This document shows, in pieces, positions 20,791-29,672 of a stretch of DNA of 63,599 nt; position 1 is the first letter of the stretch, and each line of letters opens with the position of its first letter. The stretch is taken from the NCBI GenBank assembly GCA_026986415.1, contig JALSOR010000005.1, positions 1 through 63,599 on the forward strand, written 5' to 3'. The DNA is from Acidilobaceae archaeon. GTDB lineage: Archaea; Thermoproteota; Thermoprotei_A; Sulfolobales; Acidilobaceae. Below the pieces are notes generated by a model that did no database searches, was not told the DNA's origin, and worked only from the letters and a program-made list of their open reading frames with translations. The position numbers were made by a program, and so were the translations under genes.

Positions 20791-21534
20791 TCAGTTCGTT
20801 TTCTCTCGGTTAAACTCGTGTTTCTCCCATGGAAAGACTATCCAGCTCTGAGTCTCTCTAACATAGTAGTCCGGCACTAGTTTTGTCCACGGCTTCACAA
20901 ATAGTGTGGCTGTCCTCACGGACTTGGGCATGTAGAGCTCTATTAGGCCTAGGGCAGTCTCCAGGGTCAATCCCGAATCGCTTATGTCATCTACGATAAG
21001 CACGTTTCTATCGTTTATAGGCAATGTTAGGGGCTGGCGAAGGTAGGGTTTCTCCCCTTTTATGCCTACACCCTCGTATAGTTTGATCTCTATTGTCCCT
21101 ATATCGTCTACCCCTAAGATGTCCGATAGTATTCTCGCCGGTACTAGCCCCCCTCTTATAATCCCGACTATAATATCGGGCTTATATCCGGAGGCTGTTA
21201 TTTTTCTGGCAAGTTCTGATGCCAGATCTTCTATATCTTCCCACGATACCTCTTCTACCTCTAACTCCTCCGGTATGTCGCCGCCATGATTTACAGGCAA
21301 AACAACTATTTCTTCCGCCTCCTCGTTAGGGTTGACAAGCCTAATGTCTCTCCCGTCCACGAACACTATATAGCCTGGACGGGGCCGCAATGTTTCCGTA
21401 TCGATAATTTTCCCAAGACCGGGATACTTCTCAATAGCTCTTCTTAGAGTCTCCCTAAGAGTACCGGCCTCCACCTCTACTAGGGGTGCTCCTACTAATT
21501 CCTTTAGACTGGCAAGTAGAACTATCTTCGCCAA
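20791..21534 (-). CDS. Fusion protein: MoaD/ThiS-like beta-grasp domain (ending ...LPVNHGG) plus purine phosphoribosyltransferase domain
   Basis: Residues 1-85 look like archaeal MoaD (IVFVDGRDI...EEIVVLPVNHGG). An acidic linker follows. The PRTase domain has IVGIIRGGLVPARIL and the PRPP motif NVLIVDDISDSGLT. Confidence 0.75.
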   Translation of the reverse strand: MAKIVLLASLKELVGAPLVEVEAGTLRETLRRAIEKYPGLGKIIDTETLRPRPGYIVFVDGRDIRLVNPNEEAEEIVVLPVNHGGDIPEELEVEEVSWEDIEDLASELARKITASGYKPDIIVGIIRGGLVPARILSDILGVDDIGTIEIKLYEGVGIKGEKPYLRQPLTLPINDRNVLIVDDISDSGLTLETALGLIELYMPKSVRTATLFVKPWTKLVPDYYVRETQSWIVFPWEKHEFNREKTN

Positions 21535-21670
21535 GCTCCCCCACCAGAACCCGTCTTGTATGGTCTATGTTGCGGAGAACGGTAAATAATTAGTCTTCAC
21601 ACCGATGCTACGCTCGACTCTCCCAGGAAGCTCTACGCCGAGGTGTTCCTGCTTGTTCTTACCTCTCTTG

Positions 21671-21883
21671 CTAGCGGGCGGCTTTCCTCTCTCGTTTCGC
21701 TTGAGCGTTTACCAAGTGTGTTATATATCCTGCTATCTGGTTCCTGAGTTTTTTGCTTCTGAGCTCTACCAGTGCGCTCACAATCTTCTTATTATTCTCG
21801 AAATCGCCGTTGAACAGGTCAGGGTATTTTTCTAATAGTTTCCTTGCAGTCCTCTTTACTAGAGTCGTCCTAACTTTACCCAT
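21671..21883 (-). CDS. rps17e: Ribosomal protein S17e
   Basis: MGKVRTTLVKRTARKLLEKYPDLF. The start is taken at the second ATG (21883). Confidence 0.85.
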   Translation of the reverse strand: MGKVRTTLVKRTARKLLEKYPDLFNGDFENNKKIVSALVELRSKKLRNQIAGYITHLVNAQAKRERKAAR

Positions 21884-21971
21884 ACCCTTTCCCCGCATCG
21901 CCTTGTAATGCCTGTTTGGGGTTTAAAGTCTTGAATCTCCTAGTGTTGAGCATCTCCCATAAAACAGAAAG

Positions 21972-21980
21972 CTTTATATA
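21972..21980 (+). promoter_or_regulatory. TATA-box-like element of the thermosome gene
   Basis: CTTTATATA lies 54 nt upstream of the ATG, and GGTGA (22023..22027) is an SD-like motif in the leader. Confidence 0.45.
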
Positions 21981-22033
21981 GAAGTAGTCCTACTATGGAG
22001 AGTGGAGATAGAATGAGGAACAGGTGACAAGGC

Positions 22034-23653
22034 ATGGCCGCGGTACCTCTAGAGACGATGGGCGTGCCCGTAATAATACTGAAAGAGGGCACATCGAGAT
22101 CCTATGGTAGAGAGGCTGTAAGGCACAACATTATGGCCGTTAGGGCTATAGCGGAGATACTCAAAACCACCTATGGTCCAAAAGGCATGGACAAGATGCT
22201 AGTCGACAGCCTCGGCGACATAACTATTACGAATGACGGCGCCACAATACTAGACAAGCTGGACATACAGCACCCTGCCGGAAAGATGCTCGTGCAGATA
22301 GCTAAAGGCCAGGACGAGGAGGCTGGCGACGGGACGAAAACAAGCGTCATATTCGCCGGAGAGCTACTAAAAGAGGGCGAGAAGCTCCTTAACAATAACA
22401 TTCATCCGACAATAATCGTTGAGGGCTACAAGAAAGCTCTCGAGAAAGCAATCGAGATAATAAGGGAGATCGGTAAGCCAATAAGCATTGATGATACCGA
22501 GATACTCAAGAAGATCGCTCTAACAAGCCTCAACAGTAAAGCCGTTGGCGAGGCAGCCGACTACTTCGCAGACATTGCAGTAGAGGCTGTACGCCTCATA
22601 GCCGAAAAGAGAGGGGACGAGTATGTAGTCGACCTAAACAACATACAGATAATAAAGAAGCATGGAGGCAGCCTAATGGACACGAAGCTCGTGAAGGGCG
22701 TCGTTATTGACAAGGAGGTTGTCCACCCCGACATGCCCAGAAGGGTGGAGAACGCCAAGATAGCCGTGCTGGACGCTCCACTAGAAATAGAGAAGCCCGA
22801 GATAGACCTCGAAGTAAGCATCACAAGCCCCGACCTCGTAAAACGCCTGCTAGAGAAACAGGAGAAGATACTTGCCGAAAAAGTGGAGAAGATTGCTGCT
22901 ACTGGTGCTAATGTTGTGATTACTCAGAAGGGTATTGATGAGGTTGCCCAGCACTTCCTCGCTAAGAAGGGTATCATGGCTGTGAGGAGGGTGAAGAGGA
23001 GCGATATCGAGAAGATAGCGAAGGCCACGGGAGCAAAAATAGTGACCAACATTGACGACCTAACCCCAGAAGACCTGGGATGGGCAGAACTAGTAGAAGA
23101 GAGGAAAGTAGGAGAAGACAAAATGATATTCATCGAAGGCGCAAAGAACCCCAAGAGCGTAACAATACTCATAAGAGGCGGCTTCGAGAGGCTCGTAGAG
23201 GAGGCTGACAGGGCTCTCCACGACGCGCTCAGCGCTGTTGCCGATGCAGTAATCGACGGTAAGATCGTGGCTGGAGGCGGAGCCACGGAGAGCGAGGTAG
23301 CAAAGAGGCTGAGGGAGTGGGCTAAGAATGTTCCAGGAAAAGAGCAGCTAGCAATAGAATCGTTCATCAGGAGCCTGGAGAGCCTCCCGCAAATACTAGC
23401 CTATAACGCGGGACTAGACCCGGTAGAGATACTCATGAAGCTGAGGAGCGCCCACGAGGAAGGAAAACTCTGGGCCGGTATAGATGTTGACACTGGCGAG
23501 ATAGTCGATATGATGGAGAAAGGGGTAATAGAGCCTGCCAGAGTGAAGATGAACGCGTTCAAGGCGGGAACAGAAGTCGCAACAATGATACTAAGGATAG
23601 ATGATGTTATCGCCGCCAAGAAGAGCGAGGAAAAAGAAGAGAAAAACAAGTAA
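22034..23653 (+). CDS. ths: Thermosome subunit (group II chaperonin)
   Basis: 539 aa with [26 protein letters not shown] and VAGGGATE signatures, and a Lys/Glu-rich tail. Confidence 0.95.
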   Translation: MAAVPLETMGVPVIILKEGTSRSYGREAVRHNIMAVRAIAEILKTTYGPKGMDKMLVDSLGDITITNDGATILDKLDIQHPAGKMLVQIAKGQDEEAGDGTKTSVIFAGELLKEGEKLLNNNIHPTIIVEGYKKALEKAIEIIREIGKPISIDDTEILKKIALTSLNSKAVGEAADYFADIAVEAVRLIAEKRGDEYVVDLNNIQIIKKHGGSLMDTKLVKGVVIDKEVVHPDMPRRVENAKIAVLDAPLEIEKPEIDLEVSITSPDLVKRLLEKQEKILAEKVEKIAATGANVVITQKGIDEVAQHFLAKKGIMAVRRVKRSDIEKIAKATGAKIVTNIDDLTPEDLGWAELVEERKVGEDKMIFIEGAKNPKSVTILIRGGFERLVEEADRALHDALSAVADAVIDGKIVAGGGATESEVAKRLREWAKNVPGKEQLAIESFIRSLESLPQILAYNAGLDPVEILMKLRSAHEEGKLWAGIDVDTGEIVDMMEKGVIEPARVKMNAFKAGTEVATMILRIDDVIAAKKSEEKEEKNK

Positions 23654-23747
23654 GTAAACCAAATATTATCAACTTATAAATAGTAGTTTCCTATTCTCCC
23701 TTTTTATCCTTGCACCCGTATTCTCCTAGTTATCTAGGACTATAGGA

Positions 23748-24365
23748 ATGATAATCATAGTGACAGGAACTCCGGGCACCGGTAAGACCACATTTGCCCG
23801 TAAACTCTCATCAGAGCTCAACTGCGAGACTATTAGTACTAGTCGTTTGGCGGTCGAGCTAGGCCTGGTAGAACGCGATCCAACCGGACGGGCTACACAT
23901 GTCCTGCTACCAGGTGCGGGCGGGAGGCTTGCCAGGCACATATGTGATATTGATAGGACTGTGGGATGCCTTATTGTTGAAACCACGTATGCGGATCTAT
24001 TGCTGGAGGACGAGTGTATTAATTCGGGTACAGTTCTAATCGTACTATTAAGGGCTCATCCTTCAATCCTGCTGGATAGGCTTGCTAGGAGGGGTTGGCC
24101 TCCCGGTAAGGTTCTGGAAAATGTTGAGGCCGAGCTTGCCAATGCTGTAGGTGCCAGCCTCTCCGCTTACGCTGACGAGACAGTGGAGGTTGACACGAGC
24201 CTCTCAACACCTAGTGATACTGTCGATATGATGTTTTACAAGCTAGAAGTGTGGGATTGGAACACTGGTATACGTATCGACTGGACTAGAGATAGCGAGG
24301 CGTTGGAAACTGTCTCAAGACTCTCGCTCAGCATCGATCTCGACCAGTACAGGCTTCCCCTCTGA
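23748..24365 (+). CDS. Fap7/adenylate-kinase-6-like nucleotide kinase
   Basis: MIIIVTGTPGTGKTTFARKLSSEL P-loop at the extreme N-terminus. 205 aa. Confidence 0.55.
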   Translation: MIIIVTGTPGTGKTTFARKLSSELNCETISTSRLAVELGLVERDPTGRATHVLLPGAGGRLARHICDIDRTVGCLIVETTYADLLLEDECINSGTVLIVLLRAHPSILLDRLARRGWPPGKVLENVEAELANAVGASLSAYADETVEVDTSLSTPSDTVDMMFYKLEVWDWNTGIRIDWTRDSEALETVSRLSLSIDLDQYRLPL

Positions 24366-25847
24366 AGCTTTCTGAAGGATTGCCGAGCCTCTTGGAAGCT
24401 TGTCGAGACGTTCCATCCAGGCATCACTAAGACCTAGCGAGTCTATTATTACACGTTTGTCTTTCTGAGACCTGATACTATGCACTATCTTAGTGTTAGT
24501 GTTGAGAAGCGCCTGGTCTCCTATTATCGCGGGGCTCTGCGTGGCATAGACCAGGTGTAACCCATACTTTCTAGATTCCGACAATATTGTCATAAATATT
24601 TGGCTCGAAACATTATGGGCTTCATCTACAACCACAACAAGAGGACTAGGCTTCATACCAGGCGAATACTCCGAAGCCCTAACAGTAAAAAGCATGCTTA
24701 GAAGCAACATAACATAAGTTCTCCTGGCATAATACCCCCTCAATGCCGACACATTAACCACGACGCTCTTACCACCCGGGAACTTGCAGCCCCGAAACGC
24801 ACGATCTACCCCGCCAGCGAAGAGAAGCCCCAATTTCCTCAGCAACGCCCGTTTAACCTCGCGATCCCATTTAGAAGCCTCTGGCAAGCTGCCGATCCTC
24901 TCGTAAACCTCCCGGAGACTAGCAGCCCCGTCTTCTACTGCCTGCTGGAGCATGAAAGTCTGAGGCTCTGTAAGGTCTAAAGCTCTAACTAGCGCCTCAA
25001 TGGCAAGAGATCGCCAGCTAACCTTGTCGCATGAAAGAACATCTACTGGCAGATCGCCTCTTTGGGGGTCGAGAACCTCGAAACCCTGCGACTTCAGCCA
25101 TCCATACTCGCCTGTCCAATCGATAACCAGCACGTCAATCCCGGTCCGCCTTAACCTCCTAGATATTACTGAGAGTGTTGTAGACTTCCCGGAGCCGGTA
25201 CTGCCATACACGCCAACATGGCCTTCAATATCGTTCATACTCAAATAGACGGGCGCCGGAACAGGAGAATCGAGCCTGCGTCCCAAGTAAATCATACCGG
25301 TCCTACCATCCTCTCCCTTAACACCAGTATGCTCTTGCATGCTCGACCCGCCGGCGTCCGTACTATTTATAACCAGCCTGCGTATCCGGACCCCGGGTAT
25401 TAGAGTAGGAAGCGCTGCTCTGAATACTTCTGCCTCGATAACGCTCTCTGGACCCTTAAATCCTAATGTCCCACTTATCTCTCCATTTTTATAAATAACT
25501 CTTAATTCGTAGGTAGTCCTTGGCTTCCCAGAGCTTCTTTTTTCAATAAATTTTGATAAATTAGAGAGAGACTCACTGCTATCGAACACTATCTGGGCTT
25601 CAACCTGAGAGACCTTGGATTCAATAATTTTATCGTTATTTATTTTATTAATTAATATATACTTTTTAATTTTATATAATAAAAATATTATTAATAAAGA
25701 AAATAAAATTATATAAATGAAAATATATTCTTTTTTTAAGATTAAAAATAAAATTGTAAACGAGAAGGTAGCAATTAGCCCTCTTACATATAGTGGTGCA
25801 CTATCTACAACACTATTAATTCTCCCCATGCCTCCCCCTGTTATCAT
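24315..25847 (-). CDS. Membrane-anchored HerA/VirB4/FtsK-superfamily ATPase (DUF87-like; CedB-like candidate)
   Basis: Two N-terminal TM helices are encoded by AT-rich DNA. Walker A is GVYGSTGSGKSTT and Walker B is LVVVVDEAHN, with an arginine-rich C-terminal region. Confidence 0.7.
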   Translation of the reverse strand: MITGGGMGRINSVVDSAPLYVRGLIATFSFTILFLILKKEYIFIYIILFSLLIIFLLYKIKKYILINKINNDKIIESKVSQVEAQIVFDSSESLSNLSKFIEKRSSGKPRTTYELRVIYKNGEISGTLGFKGPESVIEAEVFRAALPTLIPGVRIRRLVINSTDAGGSSMQEHTGVKGEDGRTGMIYLGRRLDSPVPAPVYLSMNDIEGHVGVYGSTGSGKSTTLSVISRRLRRTGIDVLVIDWTGEYGWLKSQGFEVLDPQRGDLPVDVLSCDKVSWRSLAIEALVRALDLTEPQTFMLQQAVEDGAASLREVYERIGSLPEASKWDREVKRALLRKLGLLFAGGVDRAFRGCKFPGGKSVVVNVSALRGYYARRTYVMLLLSMLFTVRASEYSPGMKPSPLVVVVDEAHNVSSQIFMTILSESRKYGLHLVYATQSPAIIGDQALLNTNTKIVHSIRSQKDKRVIIDSLGLSDAWMERLDKLPRGSAILQKASEGKPVLVEIDAERES

Positions 25848-25902
25848 ACTCTCCTCGTTTTCCCAGTAGGGGAGGGTTCTGCGGATGTGAAGTGTGGACC
25901 TC

Positions 25903-26262
25903 TTACTGGGAAGCAGGCTTTATACATATATAATATTTTTTATTAGGTTCTATATCTGAAAGTTTCGGTTCGAACCTGAACAGTATGCCCCATACGCTTA
26001 TTATGGTGTAGTTTCTTTCCTTGAACGCATCTGCTTTCGGCTCTACGACCTCGTAGCCGTGGCCGCAAAATATGTACTTATCTAGCTTTGCTGGCGGCGT
26101 TTCTCTTATCTCTATTATTATTTTATTATCTTTTATATTATATAAATTTTCTATTATATCAAATTTAACTTTAACTCCCTTGCCTTTTCCCTCTGCAACC
26201 AACTGTCCTTTTATTAGGCCTTTATCTATTTTATCAATGGTTATTGTCATTCTCTTCTTCAT
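25903..26262 (-). CDS. Possible RNA polymerase subunit Rpo8 (RpoG, Rpb8 orthologue)
   Basis: 119 aa. YIFCGHGYEVVE...YTIISVWGILFRFE...YYICIK resembles the Rpb8/crenarchaeal Rpo8 beta-barrel pattern (YVMYGKVY...SFGGLLM). Recalled pattern, not searched. Confidence 0.4.
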   Translation of the reverse strand: MKKRMTITIDKIDKGLIKGQLVAEGKGKGVKVKFDIIENLYNIKDNKIIIEIRETPPAKLDKYIFCGHGYEVVEPKADAFKERNYTIISVWGILFRFEPKLSDIEPNKKYYICIKPASQ

Positions 26263-26320
26263 GATCCAGACCCCGCTTAAATACCTGTTCCTATCGTCAC
26301 TTTAATGTCTGGGGGTAAAT

Positions 26321-26767
26321 ATGGCATATGCAAGCGAGGCGGCTAGAAGGTTCACAATGAAGCTTAACTCTCTGCTCAACAAGAATATTATATTGAAATT
26401 AAAGAGTGGTAAGGAGTATAAGGGCCGGCTTGCCGGATACGACATGAACACTCTAAGCATAGCCCTTGAGGCCGCCTCAGACTCCGAGGGCAAAAGTTGG
26501 CCAATAGCAATAATTTACGGCGACGTCATCTCGGAGATCCTGGTAGAGGAGAGCGCGATCTTCAATGCCCGAGAGTTTGCAGAATTCCTCTACCAGACGG
26601 GCGGAATACCACCGCACCAAATTAGAGTCTTCGAAGATATCAACGTTGTCGAAGTCGCCAAAACTATTAGAGTAACTAAAGACGGTGTCGAGGGTGTAGG
26701 CCCGCTGGCTCATAAAGTCAACAGCCTATTCAGAGAATATCTGCGAAGGAAGGGCGTAAGAGTCTAA
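26321..26767 (+). CDS. Sm-like archaeal protein with C-terminal extension (SmAP3-type)
   Basis: Sm1/Sm2-like LNKNIILKLKSGKEYKGRLAGYDMNTLSIALEAA...IIYGDVISEI, followed by an extra domain of about 70 aa. Confidence 0.65.
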   Translation: MAYASEAARRFTMKLNSLLNKNIILKLKSGKEYKGRLAGYDMNTLSIALEAASDSEGKSWPIAIIYGDVISEILVEESAIFNAREFAEFLYQTGGIPPHQIRVFEDINVVEVAKTIRVTKDGVEGVGPLAHKVNSLFREYLRRKGVRV

Positions 26768-26815
26768 ACGCTCCAGGCTTAACCATGTATTAACGTGCCG
26801 TTGAGAGGTCTGAAA

Positions 26816-28315
26816 ATGTTCGAGATCCGCGATATCGACCTCCACGGTAGAACTGGTAGACTCTTCACACAGAGCGGCGTGATCGAGACTCCGGCGTTTT
26901 TTCCGGTAGTCGATATTCATAGGCAGGAGGTTCCCTTAGACGTTATAAGAGAGGTTGGATTCAACCAGGTTATTACTAACGCCTATATATACTATAAACG
27001 TTTAGAGCGCGAGGGATCGCAACCCCGAGACATCCATGAGGTTCTAGGGTTTAATGGGGTTGTTATGACAGACTCTGGAGCATACCAGATACTACATTAC
27101 GGTAGACATATACCTGTCTCCCAGAGCGACATAATAAGATTCCAGCAGAGGATCAACAGTGACATAAGCGTAATACTTGACATACCAACAGGGAAAGTTT
27201 CAAGACGCCAGGCTGAGATGAGCGTTAAGCTCACGCTTGAGCGGGCAAGGGAAGCTATCCCCCTACTCGACGATAAACGTATATGGGTCCTTCCAATCCA
27301 GGGGGGAGAGTATTTAGATCTTGTAGCGTTGAGCGCGAAAAAAGCCCGCGAGCTCGGTAAGTATGGCATGTACGGTATAGGCAGCCCCACGGTTTTCCTT
27401 GAAAAATACGAGTTCTCCACCGTTCTACGCATTGTTAAAACTGCAAAGCGATATCTAAAAGAGGGGCTACCTGTTCACCTGTTTGGAGCAGGCCACCCCC
27501 TTCTCATACCCTATGCAGTGGCATTGGGAATCGATACCTTCGATAGTGCGTCCTATATACTTTATGCTAGGGACGGGAGGATATTCACGGACCTTGGCGT
27601 TGACAGGATTGACCGGGTGAATAGAATAGTCTGCCCCTGCAATATATACGGTAAGAGAAGTTACAGTTCCGAATCACTGCTAAGCATGAGTAGTGAGGAT
27701 AGGACTAGAATACTCGCGACATACAATCTCTGCTATATATGGAGAACTGTGGAAGAGACAAGAGAGCACCTCCGGGAGGGGAGGCTCTGGGACCTGTTAG
27801 AAGCCTACTCTAAACATCACCCTAGAATATATGAGGCGTACCTTGAGGTTGCAACTGCGCAGGACCTGCTCCTATCTAGCAGTCCTAGGATTAAGGGTGT
27901 TGTCCGTGGTGTTAGAGTCTACGATGCGACAAGCATTTTAAATCCAAAAATAAGATATTATATTAATAAAATATATAAATATAATTTTAAAATAAATAAT
28001 AGGAGAAAAGTAGTTCTCCGACCCCTACCACGCAACCCCGAAGAATGCCGTAACAACGATGAAAACGTATACGTACTATACTATGATCCGATACTATTAA
28101 TAGTTCCAGAAGAGCTCTGCGGGGTCTACCCCACAATACACATACACGCTCCAGAAAACACTATAAATCAGCTAACCACCAGCGATGTAATCGAAAAAAT
28201 CCGTCAGCTACTAGCAAAAATCCTAGACCCTAGCATACAGGTCGAGGTCGAGGCCAGCGGACGGCTCGGATATGAGATAGAAAACTATATTAAAACGGTT
28301 AAAAATTCTAGATAA
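26816..28315 (+). CDS. tgtA: Archaeosine tRNA-guanine transglycosylase, catalytic polypeptide (no PUA domain seen)
   Basis: MFEIRDIDLHGRTGRLFTQSGVIETPAFFPVVD, VMTDSGAYQ, LFGAGHP and a C..C.. zinc site. The start is taken at ATG 26816. Confidence 0.85.
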   Translation: MFEIRDIDLHGRTGRLFTQSGVIETPAFFPVVDIHRQEVPLDVIREVGFNQVITNAYIYYKRLEREGSQPRDIHEVLGFNGVVMTDSGAYQILHYGRHIPVSQSDIIRFQQRINSDISVILDIPTGKVSRRQAEMSVKLTLERAREAIPLLDDKRIWVLPIQGGEYLDLVALSAKKARELGKYGMYGIGSPTVFLEKYEFSTVLRIVKTAKRYLKEGLPVHLFGAGHPLLIPYAVALGIDTFDSASYILYARDGRIFTDLGVDRIDRVNRIVCPCNIYGKRSYSSESLLSMSSEDRTRILATYNLCYIWRTVEETREHLREGRLWDLLEAYSKHHPRIYEAYLEVATAQDLLLSSSPRIKGVVRGVRVYDATSILNPKIRYYINKIYKYNFKINNRRKVVLRPLPRNPEECRNNDENVYVLYYDPILLIVPEELCGVYPTIHIHAPENTINQLTTSDVIEKIRQLLAKILDPSIQVEVEASGRLGYEIENYIKTVKNSR

Positions 28316-28319
28316 TCGC

Positions 28320-29105
28320 TCACATATACATCCCTTTATGCCTATCCTCCTGTTCCCCTCCTTCCTGGCTAACCATCGCCCCTATCAGGGCGCTCAGCTT
28401 CTCCTTTTCCTCAAGCCATTCTTTCGCCTCTTTCTCAATCAGCGAGGTATCGACAGGCCTCTGAAGAATTTTCTCGGCAATTATTCTAATCCCTCTTATG
28501 GCTGCATCATAATCGACATCCTCAACAGCACTATACGGGAGAATAACCACTGATGGGACCCGGTAGTATTCACTATATATGAAAAGAAGGGCTAGAGGAC
28601 CCATAACGCCCAGTCCCTTCTCCATCTGAGGAGCGTCCAATTGAACAGTATTACCGGCAAAACTATTCTTAAGATACCTGTACTTGTACGCGTCAGATTC
28701 CTCCATAAAGTTCTTGTTTAAGCCTCCAGCAAGAACCATAAGCCTAGAGTCTACTCGGGCAGCGAATTCTGCAATAGCCCTAGTATACTGGTCCGCATTC
28801 TCCTTTTCAGGCAAGGCTCTATTGACAATCGTGAGAATATTATATTCTTTGGAATAGTATATGTCGAATGGGAAGCCGATACTATCCTCCTCAACAAGCA
28901 GCATGGGCGGCATGGGTTTCGCGATAATGAACCCTATTTTCTCCGAGCCTGTACCGAGAGCAACATATTTTGATACTAGGTATCCTACCATTCCAAACCC
29001 GCGGAATCCTGTGACTATTGTCGCACCCTTGAGAGCACTAATATTATCGATATTAAGTACAGCCTCTACCCCGCCACTCAGCTTCTCCACTATCACGAGT
29101 AGCAC
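28320..29105 (-). CDS. PAC2-family protein (proteasome-assembly-chaperone-like)
   Basis: GATIVTGFRGFGMVGYLVSKYV is the PAC2 hallmark. The ORF-track start (29201) would overlap the upstream PUA gene by 86 nt. GTG at 29105 or 29096 (GAGGGTG upstream) avoids this. Confidence 0.6.
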   Translation of the reverse strand: MLLVIVEKLSGGVEAVLNIDNISALKGATIVTGFRGFGMVGYLVSKYVALGTGSEKIGFIIAKPMPPMLLVEEDSIGFPFDIYYSKEYNILTIVNRALPEKENADQYTRAIAEFAARVDSRLMVLAGGLNKNFMEESDAYKYRYLKNSFAGNTVQLDAPQMEKGLGVMGPLALLFIYSEYYRVPSVVILPYSAVEDVDYDAAIRGIRIIAEKILQRPVDTSLIEKEAKEWLEEKEKLSALIGAMVSQEGGEQEDRHKGMYM

Positions 29106-29115
29106 CCTCGCAAAA

Positions 29116-29598
29116 TTAGCTAGTCTTTTTTCTAAGCCGGGCGACCTCCCCTCTAGCAAGACCGTCGAGCATAGCCTTTGGAATACGGAGCCTCCCCACA
29201 CCTATAACAGTATCGCTTTCATCAACAACAACCACCTCGTCTCCCGGCCTTAAATCCGGATCCAGATCCACAACATCTCCAACCAGGATACTTCCTGAAA
29301 GGGGCCTCTGCATGTTAGCGATCACGCGAAACCTAGGAGGATCCTCTGCTCCTACAAGTAGGACAGCGCCGTCTATCGCTAACGAGAAGAGCCCGTCGGT
29401 AGGCCGGAGCGTCGCTACCCGTTTACCGTCTACGAACACGCCTCTAATACTCCCCCTAGAATTAACCTCGACCTCAACATTCCTAGAGGGATCAAACCAT
29501 GCCCGTGCAACCTTCTCCGAAAATTGGAACTCGGCTATGCCAGCAAGCCTTTCGAGAATTCTGTCCGTGGCTTTTATGCGCCTCATATAATCCCCCAT
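29116..29598 (-). CDS. PUA-domain protein resembling the C-terminal (C2+PUA) part of archaeosine TGT
   Basis: 160 aa with LAGIAEFQF at the N-terminus and GSILVGDVVDLDPDLRPGDEVVVVDESDTVIGVGRLRIP, which is PUA-like. Confidence 0.6.
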   Translation of the reverse strand: MGDYMRRIKATDRILERLAGIAEFQFSEKVARAWFDPSRNVEVEVNSRGSIRGVFVDGKRVATLRPTDGLFSLAIDGAVLLVGAEDPPRFRVIANMQRPLSGSILVGDVVDLDPDLRPGDEVVVVDESDTVIGVGRLRIPKAMLDGLARGEVARLRKKTS

Positions 29599-29672
29599 AC
29601 TCGCTCCTGGCTACTGAGGGGAGATCTTAACCGTTCAAAACTGTTGGGAGGGGAGAGGAGGGGTTCGGCAAG

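Noticed and set aside
22171-23649. Minus-strand ORFs inside the thermosome gene (22171..22401, 22561..22824, 22924..23367, 23401..23649)
   Set aside because: They are antisense to an unambiguous chaperonin gene. The Ser-rich translations are typical of the reverse frame of GAR-rich coding DNA.
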